Below the pieces are notes generated by a model. The model had not been told where the DNA came from, searched no databases, and saw nothing but the letters and a program-made list of their open reading frames with translations. The translations under genes and the position numbers were made by a program. A stretch of 64,000 bases of DNA from an uncultured Pseudobdellovibrionaceae bacterium (lineage in GTDB: Bacteria; Bdellovibrionota; Bdellovibrionia; Bdellovibrionales; UBA1609): NCBI GenBank assembly GCA_963803705.1, contig CAWDNU010000004.1:864001-928000 (forward strand), in the 5' to 3' direction. This document shows positions 52,894 to 62,017 of the stretch, one piece after another. Numbering within the stretch: position 1 is the stretch's first letter; each line of letters begins with the position of its first letter.

Positions 52894-52924
52894 TAGACCT
52901 CCTGTGCTGTTTAGGTCTAATGCT
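52889..52924 (-). promoter_or_regulatory. 12-bp perfect inverted repeat covering csrA RBS/start and a putative -10
   Basis: AGCATTAGACCT-N12-AGGTCTAATGCT; TTGACA at 52942-52937, 17 nt before TAGACC. Confidence 0.7.
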
Positions 52925-52949
52925 GGGTTAAAAAATTGTCAATAATAGC

Positions 52950-53213
52950 TTAAAGCTTCGTATTTTGTTTACTATCATTCACAATCTCTAAACTAAATTC
53001 TGCATTAGTATCTTGCGTGGATTCAACAGATTTGTGTTCAAGTGTATTTAATTCAATATTTTCTTTATATAAATAAGCTTTAACTATATTTTTTGAGTCA
53101 ACTTTGTAGTTTCCCTCATCAATCGCTTTTTGCAGATCTCGCAATTTTTTGTTCATTAAAAATTTACCATTGACCGGCAGGACTTTGGTCTTCTTAGCTT
53201 TGGTTTCATCCAT
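52950..53213 (-). CDS. flgM: FlgM-like anti-sigma28 factor
   Basis: KLRDLQKAIDEGNYKVDSKNIV matches the FlgM C-terminal sigma28-binding motif; next to csrA-fliW. Confidence 0.65.
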   Translation of the reverse strand: MDETKAKKTKVLPVNGKFLMNKKLRDLQKAIDEGNYKVDSKNIVKAYLYKENIELNTLEHKSVESTQDTNAEFSLEIVNDSKQNTKL

Positions 53214-53261
53214 ATTCGTTTAATATATCACTGCTAACTGGCTTTTGGAATTTTTAAACCC

Positions 53262-54179
53262 TTGGTCTTTGGCGTTTTCTTTCCTAAACTAGTCTATATG
53301 GTTATAAACAAAATCTTAATTTTTACTCTTCTATTATTTTCATTGATATCGAACGCGTCAGTACCCAAGCGTGACAACGAGATCAAAACCGTCAGATTTG
53401 ATATACCAATTACTTACAATGCAAAGGTTTCTAAATGGGTTAAGTATTTCCAAACTCGAGGAAAAAAATGGTTTCAAGTTTGGCTCAACAGATCAGAGAT
53501 GTATATTCCACATATAAATCGCCTTTTAGATCAACAGGGTTTACCTAGAGATTTGGGATACTTGGCAATGATTGAAAGCGGCTATTCTGCTCAAGCGGTT
53601 AGCAGTGCTGACGCCGTAGGTTTCTGGCAATTTATTTTACCAACAGCTCAAAAGTTTGGTCTTCAATACAGCTGGTGGATCGATGAAAGAAAAGATATTA
53701 TTAAAAGCACTTGGGCAGCCTCGAAATATTTAAGTCATTTAAAGAAGCTATTTGGATCTTGGTACCTAGCTGCATCAGGTTACAATATGGGTGAAACTAG
53801 ATTGCGAAAGCTTATTAAAAGACACAATTCTAGCGATTTTTGGATTTTATCTCAGAAAAAAGATTTTCCAGAGGAAACACGTGATTATGTCCCGAAACTT
53901 ATAGCGGCAACAATGATCGCAAAAGCTCCGAAGCTTTATGGGTTTAAGAGGCCCAATGGAAAAAAACTGGAATACAATTACCACTACGTTCCTGGGGGGA
54001 CCGATCTGTTTCGGCTTGCAGAACATTTGAAGATTGATAGAAAAGATATTACAAAACTGAATCCAGAATTAATTCATGGAATGGTTCCTAAACATGTTCC
54101 ATCTCACCGTATTCGAATTCCCATGGGCTCTGCAAAAAAAGTTGCTAAATATCTAAGACGTGAAAACCCTAAGCTCTAA
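53262..54179 (+). CDS. MltD-like lytic murein transglycosylase with LysM-like tail
   Basis: IESG, AVGFWQF, DERKD, GYNMGE, ETRDYVPK, LNPEL; start likely 53298. Confidence 0.9.
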   Translation: MVFGVFFPKLVYMVINKILIFTLLLFSLISNASVPKRDNEIKTVRFDIPITYNAKVSKWVKYFQTRGKKWFQVWLNRSEMYIPHINRLLDQQGLPRDLGYLAMIESGYSAQAVSSADAVGFWQFILPTAQKFGLQYSWWIDERKDIIKSTWAASKYLSHLKKLFGSWYLAASGYNMGETRLRKLIKRHNSSDFWILSQKKDFPEETRDYVPKLIAATMIAKAPKLYGFKRPNGKKLEYNYHYVPGGTDLFRLAEHLKIDRKDITKLNPELIHGMVPKHVPSHRIRIPMGSAKKVAKYLRRENPKL

Positions 54180-54194
54180 GAATTTTTTTAATAA

Positions 54195-54941
54195 ATGGAT
54201 TTAAATATGGTCGTTAAAAAATATGGAGGAAGCTCGTTAGCCACCCCCGATCATATCTTGGCAGTAGCTTCTCAGATAAAAAGCCATTTAAAGCTTACTC
54301 CCGAACCTTTAATAGTTGTAGTCAGCGCCATGGGCGACACCACCGATAAACTGTTAAAAATGGGGCGTGAAATGCATCATATGGCCTCGGCGCGAGAACT
54401 AGACATGTTAATTTCTGCCGGAGAGCGTATGAGCATGGCTCTAATGACCATCGCCCTTCAAAAACTTGGTTTGCAGGCGATAAGTTTTACTGGTAGCCAG
54501 GCAGGAATAATGACATCTCATACACACGGCCATGCATTTATCAACGAGATCAAGCCCATAAGGGTAGACGAAGAGCTTAAAAAAAATAAAGTTGTGGTTA
54601 TAGCCGGTTTCCAAGGTGTTGATCCAATCACTAAAGAAGTGACAACTTTAGGCCGTGGCGGGACAGATACTACAGCAGTAGCGTTTGCCGCTCATTACAA
54701 TGCAAGGCAATGCGAGCTTTATAAAGACGTTGATGGTTTGCTTAACGGTCCTCCTGAATTTTTTGAATCTGGCCACCTTGTGGCTCAGGTGAGCTATGAA
54801 GTGCTTCTAAGTATGTGCTATTGGGGTTGTAAGGTGGTTCAGAGCCGGGCTGTCGAGCTGGCCCAAAAATATAACGTGCCATTAGCAATAGGTTCATGGA
54901 AAACAAATAGAATCGGAACTTTAGTCAAAAGTCAGTTTTAA
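54195..54941 (+). CDS. lysC: Aspartate kinase, catalytic (AAK) domain
   Basis: KYGGSS, VVSAMGDTTD, AGFQG, TLGRGGTD, DVDG. Confidence 0.92.
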   Translation: MDLNMVVKKYGGSSLATPDHILAVASQIKSHLKLTPEPLIVVVSAMGDTTDKLLKMGREMHHMASARELDMLISAGERMSMALMTIALQKLGLQAISFTGSQAGIMTSHTHGHAFINEIKPIRVDEELKKNKVVVIAGFQGVDPITKEVTTLGRGGTDTTAVAFAAHYNARQCELYKDVDGLLNGPPEFFESGHLVAQVSYEVLLSMCYWGCKVVQSRAVELAQKYNVPLAIGSWKTNRIGTLVKSQF

Positions 54942-54958
54942 ATCGAAATGGAATAAAG

Positions 54959-55402
54959 ATGGAAAATTTAGATAAGATATGCGTTAGCTATGTAAAACCT
55001 ATTTATACTGTAAGCAGTAACCAAAATTTAGTGCATTCTATAAACCGGCTGAACCATGTCAGCCTTAAAATGGATATTCCCTTTTCACAGGTTATTGCTT
55101 CTACTGAATTTGCGCCGGAGAAATCCCGAGTAATGTTTACCGGGCATGAAGATTGGGTGCATATTTTTTTTAAGCATCTTGAATCAGAAGGATTTCAACT
55201 GTCTTTAAACGTCCAACATGGTCTTTTTATATCTGGGTTTGGAATATCATCCTCAAACTATGAACAGAAAGTCTTTGAACATTTGGGCTTAAAAAACATT
55301 CACGTTTCAAAATACATCAGAGACGCCAAAGGATTACTTTTAGTATTCCCAGAAAGCCATCAGGACACCTTTGTTCAATTTTCTAAATTTTTGATTGATT
55401 AA
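54959..55402 (+). CDS. Probable aspartate kinase C-terminal (ACT-like) part, separate frame
   Basis: Directly follows the AAK ORF; ISGFGI...KVFEHL ACT-like; the frames overlap and would fuse to about 402 aa. Confidence 0.6.
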   Translation: MENLDKICVSYVKPIYTVSSNQNLVHSINRLNHVSLKMDIPFSQVIASTEFAPEKSRVMFTGHEDWVHIFFKHLESEGFQLSLNVQHGLFISGFGISSSNYEQKVFEHLGLKNIHVSKYIRDAKGLLLVFPESHQDTFVQFSKFLID

Positions 55403-55644
55403 AAAATTTAAACTTAGTTTCCGTTCATGTGAGTTGTTAGATTTATGAATGCAGAAACCGAAATCAATTTTTTTGAATATAATTCTTTTGAATACTGACT
55501 TTGATTTACAGGTTTCAAAGCATCGTAAACAGTTAATTTTTTTGAATTCACATCGTCAAACAAAGCATCAATTTTAAAAAGTAAATTTAAATCAATACTA
55601 GATTAAACTCCAGACAAAACCAAAAGGTAACAGTTCCCTTTCAG

Positions 55645-56673
55645 TTAAAAGTTCCATTGGGAAACAAGTCTAACTTGAAAGGATTGCTCTTTGACAAGAT
55701 CATTCGTTAAATTTTGGATTTCACTTCGTTCAATGTAGGCTTTGATATTTTTATTTAGCATATAGCCCAAACCCACAGTCGAATAAGCCTCAAGCACAGA
55801 GGTGTTGTTCTGTGTCCATTGCTCTAAAGCAAGCACGGATCTTAAAAGAAAAGATCTCAGTTGAAGCTCTGGAAATATCATCCCAGCAAACCCTCGATTT
55901 GTAGCTCCATTTAGCGATGTTTGAAGTGCAAAAATTTCAGAGCTTAAATTTAATTTAAGCCAAGATTTGAAAAAATAAACTTCCAAGTCGCTAAATTCTA
56001 AACCCACGCCTTCAATCAAGGCTTGGGTTTCGTATTTCCTCGCAAAATAGTTTAATGACAAATTAAAATGATCATTTTTCCAACTTAATTTTAGATGATG
56101 GGGGACGACGTCTAATCTTTGGTTTTGAGAATCGGTTTGTCGAAGATTTCGTCCTAAAAATACAAAACTACTTAGACTTAAACGTTCATTGAAAAACAAG
56201 GTGTTAAGTCCAACTCCTGAATCAATCCCTCGGGGTAGGTCATAAAGAATGTTATAGTACGAAGGCATAAAACTTAGAACACCATCAAGATCGTTAAGTA
56301 GGCCATATTCAAGCTTTGTGGCTCCTGCAAAAACTTGAGATGGAATCTTAGTATTTAGTTTGGATGTCACGTAAAATTCGCCAACAGCAACATTAACATC
56401 ATTCGTTATTGAACTTTGTTCGCCTAGGATTTCGAATCTAAATTTGTTACCTTCATCCATAAGGTTAAGACCTAGGGAAAGATTCCTAACATTGGAGCGG
56501 GTGGGGTTGTTCGTGGATCTCAGTTGATCCTGCATAGCTTCTAAGGATAATTCCGCATCGATAGCATATTTTTTTTTCGGGCCGTCAGGCGTGTAAAATA
56601 AAGCCGGTCGATTTTGTGCCAAAGACAAAGTGCTTAAAAAAATTGAAGCTAAAATTAGAACCTTAGAAAACAT
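55645..56673 (-). CDS. Hypothetical outer-membrane beta-barrel protein
   Basis: Signal peptide (SLA), beta-strand pattern, terminal QWNF. Confidence 0.7.
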   Translation of the reverse strand: MFSKVLILASIFLSTLSLAQNRPALFYTPDGPKKKYAIDAELSLEAMQDQLRSTNNPTRSNVRNLSLGLNLMDEGNKFRFEILGEQSSITNDVNVAVGEFYVTSKLNTKIPSQVFAGATKLEYGLLNDLDGVLSFMPSYYNILYDLPRGIDSGVGLNTLFFNERLSLSSFVFLGRNLRQTDSQNQRLDVVPHHLKLSWKNDHFNLSLNYFARKYETQALIEGVGLEFSDLEVYFFKSWLKLNLSSEIFALQTSLNGATNRGFAGMIFPELQLRSFLLRSVLALEQWTQNNTSVLEAYSTVGLGYMLNKNIKAYIERSEIQNLTNDLVKEQSFQVRLVSQWNF

Positions 56674-57325
56674 AGGCTTCAGTCCGTGATACAGATTTCA
56701 CTTTAATTTTATTAAGCTCTAAACCCCATAAATTTCCTAAACCAAACATATTGATCGGCGCATACAAATTGTGTGAGGAACATTCTGCCGTATTGATGTT
56801 TGATGCATTAAAATTTCTTCTGCGATTTTCAGAAAACTGATCGGATTGGTTCCAAATACTGATCACAGGTCCTGTAGCCTGAGAGTTTAACAATTGTAAT
56901 TTTAATCGCACATCATTGTTGGTGGTTAAAAAATTTTCTAAATGGCAGAGATGGAACATAGGGTAATCTTGCATGAAAACATCCACTTCAAGATTTTTAC
57001 CATTCATTGTAAAACGCACAGATGTTCCTGATTTTGTCGACATAGAGTTCGTATAAGCTACAAGAGTCAAGGAACTGCTGGGCTCTAGCATGTTAAAAAC
57101 TAAATCTAAGCTTAAAGAATCCTTGTAGTTTGTCAGTTGATCCTTGGCCAACAGACGAGTGATATCTCTTTGTGTGTTCGCTTTCATAAGGTCGGATGCG
57201 GAATAATCGACACGGCTATCGATATCCGTAAAATCAACATTTAAAGATTCGGCTTCACCACAATTTACCAAAATAGATAAACAGATCGGTATCAACAAAA
57301 AGGAGTTTATTTTATTGATTGTCAC
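56663..57325 (-). CDS. Hypothetical lipoprotein (beta-rich)
   Basis: Lipobox-like LVNC; overlaps both neighbours. Confidence 0.65.
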   Translation of the reverse strand: MTINKINSFLLIPICLSILVNCGEAESLNVDFTDIDSRVDYSASDLMKANTQRDITRLLAKDQLTNYKDSLSLDLVFNMLEPSSSLTLVAYTNSMSTKSGTSVRFTMNGKNLEVDVFMQDYPMFHLCHLENFLTTNNDVRLKLQLLNSQATGPVISIWNQSDQFSENRRRNFNASNINTAECSSHNLYAPINMFGLGNLWGLELNKIKVKSVSRTEAYVF

Positions 57326-58643
57326 TTGGACGAACCCCTTCGCTATTTGGCTGATCGTTGCTGTACCTGATTAAAGCGTCGTAAAAGAATTTATCTGATA
57401 GTCTTGAGGCATAAAAAACAGCGCTCATTCCATCGGTGTCTTCATGATTTACATGTCCTCTAAAATTATAAAAAATGTTCCACAGATTAAAAATTTCCAA
57501 TTGGTCTTCAAGTAAATGAAAGATATCTTTAAAATCCTGACTGATGGGACTTTCAAAAAGATCCATATGGCTAAGCATGTAAGTTAGAGGGAACTGGTCT
57601 CTATCGTTGTAAATCGTAGGACTCATTTCCGCGCAATTTAATAGGGCTCTTGCGCCTTCGAAAGACCCAAAGCCAGCAGCCAAGTGCATGGGGGTGTTGC
57701 CTTCAATATTTTTATTATTAACTAAGCTTCTCCAGAAAGGGAAAACAGATGAATCTCGTAAAAATGTAAACGTCGAATCGATTCCGTAGACAATATGATC
57801 CACCCCGGATTTTACATATTTAAAGCCCCAAGTGTCGCTCTCTTCCCACCAATCGTAGCCGCATGTTCTGTCAGAGAACCACTGAATGACGTCATATCGA
57901 TTGTACTTAGCAGCTGTGTGTAAAAAATTATTTCCATCAACATCTGTTTGCCAAAATAAATCACTCCAGATCGTAAGCGAGTCAGCAGTTCTTAAAAACC
58001 AAGATGTGGCCAGTAGATCCATAAAGATTTTTGATTGCGCGTAATGACTCGCATTTCTTCCGTAGGTGTCTGGAAAATCGAAGTTAGAAAAATATTGTCC
58101 TGGGCTTAAGTTCAATAAGCCGTTAATCGAATTTTGATATCGACGCTGAATCACTTCAAATGAAAGATAGTCATCGGTCTCAGCTAAAAGTGAAATGAAA
58201 CTCCGGCCCTCAGAGTTTGGAATTTGAAGTTCCATCAAAGTCATTCTTTCAATTATTAAAGGGATCATTTCCGAACGTCTTAATTTAATGGCTACAGCTA
58301 AAGCTGTATCTTCAGGCTGACCGTTATCATCTCTATTTTTTTTAGCCAATTGGTCTTTGTTTTCGTTCAAAGCGGATTCAAGATTTTCAATGTCATTTTG
58401 GTAAATAACACGGAATAAGGACGAAGGGGCAAGCCTTTGCTGATCGACTGTGCTTAATTGGTAAAAGTATTCAGAGTTCACTGTGTATGTTTCGTCCTTG
58501 TCACTGGCACAACCCGCAATGCTTAAGAAAAACAAAGCGCCATAGACGACTAAAAAACTTTTAATTCTTAGAGCTTTTAGAATTAGTGAATGAATAAAAA
58601 AATTCAATAAAAAGCTTTGTGAAAATAATACTCGGTGATTCAT
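57312..58643 (-). CDS. Ankyrin-repeat lipoprotein
   Basis: IAGC lipobox; DTALAVA, GRSFISL, GRNASHYA, GNNFLHTAA, GNTPMHLAA, GMSAVFYA repeats. Confidence 0.85.
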   Translation of the reverse strand: MNHRVLFSQSFLLNFFIHSLILKALRIKSFLVVYGALFFLSIAGCASDKDETYTVNSEYFYQLSTVDQQRLAPSSLFRVIYQNDIENLESALNENKDQLAKKNRDDNGQPEDTALAVAIKLRRSEMIPLIIERMTLMELQIPNSEGRSFISLLAETDDYLSFEVIQRRYQNSINGLLNLSPGQYFSNFDFPDTYGRNASHYAQSKIFMDLLATSWFLRTADSLTIWSDLFWQTDVDGNNFLHTAAKYNRYDVIQWFSDRTCGYDWWEESDTWGFKYVKSGVDHIVYGIDSTFTFLRDSSVFPFWRSLVNNKNIEGNTPMHLAAGFGSFEGARALLNCAEMSPTIYNDRDQFPLTYMLSHMDLFESPISQDFKDIFHLLEDQLEIFNLWNIFYNFRGHVNHEDTDGMSAVFYASRLSDKFFYDALIRYSNDQPNSEGVRPSDNQ

Positions 58644-58797
58644 TAATTTTCCTCTGGAAGTCCTAGGGTAGATACTGGCTTCAAGTTTTAATGTCTATAG
58701 GAATCGGGAATTGAATCGCAATAATTCTACAATTGAAAAGGAGATGAGAGGACCATTTAAAAATCTTTATTTTTAATATGATCAAGGCTAGATAGGC

Positions 58798-60768
58798 GTG
58801 ATGTTTAAGAGATTAAATTCTATTCCAAATTATGCACTGAAAATGTTTATAAGCCTTTCTTTGGCAATAAACATTTTTGCGATATACAGTGTTCAAGCCC
58901 ACGAAACGGCAGCGAATGAATCTGTTCCTTTTGAGCGTATTTACGCCGCCATACTCGATAAAGCCGCAAACCTTGATTTCGAGGAGCTTCCAGAAAATTC
59001 CCATAATTATGAGGCTTATCTTCGTGGTTCAAAAAAGTATGTGATCGTAGGCCCAAGGCAATATGTCAAAGTCGACAATGCCTTCGAAGGGCTTGTTGAA
59101 AATATCGGTCGACTTTACTTGGCTGAATTTGAACAAGATTGTGAAGAGTGTGTTTTGCCATCCTTAGAAAGTTTAACCAATGAAGCTTTGTCTAAAGTTG
59201 CCAAGGGTTGGTTTAGTGAAAATGTCAGAAAAGCCAAAGAGCTTTTAGCTTACCGATATGCTGGAGCGTTTGTGACTTTAGGTGGCCGTTATGGACCAGC
59301 GGCTGGTGTGATAAAACTTGTGGGCGAGTTGATGGAAGAGATGATGCTTATTTTGTTTAAACTTCCTGGAGCTCATATTTTTTGTGAAGTGATCACTGCT
59401 GCGATCGCCATCTATGCTGGGAAAACAAATACGGTCTTAAGATCATTTGGTTTGTCGCAATACTCGAACATGTCCTTTTTAAGTCAACCCAGAGCTGTTG
59501 CTCGATTGACTGCTACTTCGTTTGTTATGAGACGCGCTTTGAAACGAATGGCTATCGGAGTTCAAAGCTTTGATATAAATCAAGAAGAGCTTGAGCACTT
59601 TGTAAAAGAAGAAAAAGAAGATAAGCTTTGGTACAGATTTAAAAACTTTCTTGGGCGTACAAATCAAAATCACCGTGTGGTTCATTTTTTAAGTTCATTG
59701 CAACAGAAAACTGAAGCAGAGAATGCTCGTGTTAGTATTCGAAGTCGAAATAAAACCATTGGTGAAATCACAGATTTAAGTAGAAACGAAGAGACCGTGA
59801 ATGAGATGTACCTTAAAGATATGAAACTTAAGGTCTATCAAGGAAGTAGATATGGTTGGATGTTTTTTTTAAAAAGACGTAAACAAAAAGATTCCTTGTC
59901 CCAGTTTGCAGACAATAGTGCATCCGTCACAAACTCCCGCGCCTTTTGGTTAGTTGGACTAAAAAATGATATTTTGGATCCTTTAACAAATTCGAAAGCT
60001 GTTCAAGCGGATTACGATTCTCAAGCGCGCATGTCATTTAGACTTGAATTAGATACCATCACTGAAAAACAAATCAACGAGTATTCGAAAACCAATCCCG
60101 ATGGTGCTGAAGGCATTTTTAAAAGTCTTGATGCCATCACGGACTATGGATCACTTTCGATGGGTGAGCGACGTATCCAACTTGCATTCTTTCAAAGCTT
60201 TGTTGCTGAAGTGATGCCGCGACTTATGAATAAGATGGTTGAGTCAGTTTTTCATCAGTACAGTGAAGACGAAAAGAAATTAATGCGTGTGTATTCATTG
60301 TACTATCGCGTAGGGGAAATCACCTTCTACGCTGAACAGTTGGTAGACTTTTTAAGATTTGCCGCCGTGGCTAAATCAAGTTCAGATCCTTTTTTGAAGT
60401 ACCATATTCGAGATTATTATTTAAAAATTAACGAAGCGATGTCTTTAGTGGCCTCTTTTGAGAGTTCAAGATCTCTAGACGATCTAATGAAATTATTGAA
60501 CACATTGAAAACAAAAACTAATGACTTAAAAGCCAATCGTTTTTGGATTGAGAAGAAAAATGAAATCGGTTTTTTGCCCTCTTCGCTAACGAATGTAACC
60601 AACTATGTTTTTCACCCGTTTAGTCACCCTTCACAAAAAGTAAAAGATCGACTTCATTATTTTGAAGACCTTTACGACTTTGGAACCGATGGTTTTAAAT
60701 CAAAAGAAAGATATAAACGCCCAAGATACAAATCAGGAGCACCCGCATGCGAAAGCTTATATCTTTAA
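58798..60768 (+). CDS. Hypothetical secreted helical protein ending in CESLYL
   Basis: Signal peptide (VQA), CEEC, 656 aa. Confidence 0.75.
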   Translation: MMFKRLNSIPNYALKMFISLSLAINIFAIYSVQAHETAANESVPFERIYAAILDKAANLDFEELPENSHNYEAYLRGSKKYVIVGPRQYVKVDNAFEGLVENIGRLYLAEFEQDCEECVLPSLESLTNEALSKVAKGWFSENVRKAKELLAYRYAGAFVTLGGRYGPAAGVIKLVGELMEEMMLILFKLPGAHIFCEVITAAIAIYAGKTNTVLRSFGLSQYSNMSFLSQPRAVARLTATSFVMRRALKRMAIGVQSFDINQEELEHFVKEEKEDKLWYRFKNFLGRTNQNHRVVHFLSSLQQKTEAENARVSIRSRNKTIGEITDLSRNEETVNEMYLKDMKLKVYQGSRYGWMFFLKRRKQKDSLSQFADNSASVTNSRAFWLVGLKNDILDPLTNSKAVQADYDSQARMSFRLELDTITEKQINEYSKTNPDGAEGIFKSLDAITDYGSLSMGERRIQLAFFQSFVAEVMPRLMNKMVESVFHQYSEDEKKLMRVYSLYYRVGEITFYAEQLVDFLRFAAVAKSSSDPFLKYHIRDYYLKINEAMSLVASFESSRSLDDLMKLLNTLKTKTNDLKANRFWIEKKNEIGFLPSSLTNVTNYVFHPFSHPSQKVKDRLHYFEDLYDFGTDGFKSKERYKRPRYKSGAPACESLYL

Positions 60769-61334
60769 TTTGCATCTTCAGTGCTGTTAGTTTTTCTTTC
60801 TATAAAAAGGCTGACGGTTCCCATTCGTGCGAAACTTTTCTAGCAAAGATCAACACGGATTATCCTGAAAAATTAAGTAACACTTTAAGTAAAGCGCGCG
60901 CGATTTTGGATAAATCTAAAAATCTTAAGTTTATTTCTAATTCTAAGTACATTCATCTTTTAGAAGATTTAGAGGAACTATCAAAGAACTTAAATAAAAA
61001 ATCTGAAAATCAAAGTTTTACGGAAATCATAAATAAGTGGAATGATTTTTCATTGATTTTGAAAAAACAAATTCAATCTTTTGAACGTTTACCAGAAATT
61101 GAGCAGAAGCTGTATTTTGAAAAAATGAAGTTACCGATTTCGTTTATGACTTCCCACTTCATCACATTCCTGGAGACTAAACATTTAAAATTTAGCTATC
61201 AAAGAATGTACTCTATCCTTAAATTCACCTCTGAATTAGAGGAAAATTCAGACCTTATTTTATTTTTGTTCGAATTCGAAAAACAGGTTCTAAAATTCTT
61301 TTCTAAAAATGAATTTATTGACTGTCTAGCTTAA
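60747..61334 (+). CDS. Hypothetical secreted protein with N-terminal CETFL
   Basis: AGGAG RBS, signal-like N-terminus, overlaps upstream gene. Confidence 0.65.
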   Translation: MRKLISLICIFSAVSFSFYKKADGSHSCETFLAKINTDYPEKLSNTLSKARAILDKSKNLKFISNSKYIHLLEDLEELSKNLNKKSENQSFTEIINKWNDFSLILKKQIQSFERLPEIEQKLYFEKMKLPISFMTSHFITFLETKHLKFSYQRMYSILKFTSELEENSDLILFLFEFEKQVLKFFSKNEFIDCLA

Positions 61335-61561
61335 AATAGAAAGGCCATTTTCAGCGTATTCGTAATATCAAATTTTATTTTCTGTTGTCGAAATGCTAAG
61401 GCTTTTTGAATTGACAATTTACTGCTCTGTAAAATGGTTCTGAATACTTCTTATGTGTCTTTTGGCGATAAACTGCTCGGAAATCATTTGTTATTAGCTG
61501 CGCCAATAAAGTTAGACAGCTTGTCAGATTTTCTGAACAGGCCGCTCAGCGGCTTTAAGCT

Positions 61562-61834
61562 TCAGGCGTAACCGATCTCGTGACACCATTTTCTTAATGT
61601 TTCGTATTTGATGGTGATGTTAAACTCTTCAATTAACTTTTCCCGAAGTTGGCCCATATTAAAATCAAAATAGCGCTCTTTAATTAAAGCCTGGGTGTGA
61701 TATTTTATAGCTTCTGGTATTTTTTTTTGAAAGATATTTACACAGTTGCCATGCTTAACAAGGCAAATGCCTTTTCTCTGAAAGATTTTAGATACCTTCG
61801 CAAAGTACGTTCTGAAACTTTTAAAATTTAACAC
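61562..61834 (-). pseudogene. Transposase N-terminal remnant (ISNCY/IS481-like HTH)
   Basis: HGN...RYFDFN...EKLIEEFNITIKYETLRKW resembles that family's HTH region; no DDE domain follows. Confidence 0.7.
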
Positions 61835-61964
61835 GCATCTAAAGTTCTAATTTAAGTTATAAGGGGCAGATAAAGCACCACAATCACTTTTTTCCCTTGC
61901 TTGCCTAGTTCACTCGTATTAACTCATAAGTAAATGTCGAATAGGTAAAACTGAGTTGCATAAC

Positions 61965-61980
61965 CGGCACAAGCTTTGCA
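61965..61980 (+). promoter_or_regulatory. Putative sigma54 promoter
   Basis: CGGCAC-AAGCT-TTGCA, ending 37 nt before ATG 62018. Confidence 0.65.
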
Positions 61981-62017
61981 TTTCAGATAGTTTTATTCTA
62001 ATAGTAAAGGCATAAAT

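Noticed and set aside
55410..55600. Possible short minus-strand ORF and imperfect TTCAAAAAAATT repeats
   Set aside because: No convincing start or RBS; AT-rich low complexity
1396..60602. Numerous 60-146 aa ORFs antisense to or nested in recognised genes
   Set aside because: Fully overlap well-supported CDSs and show no motifs
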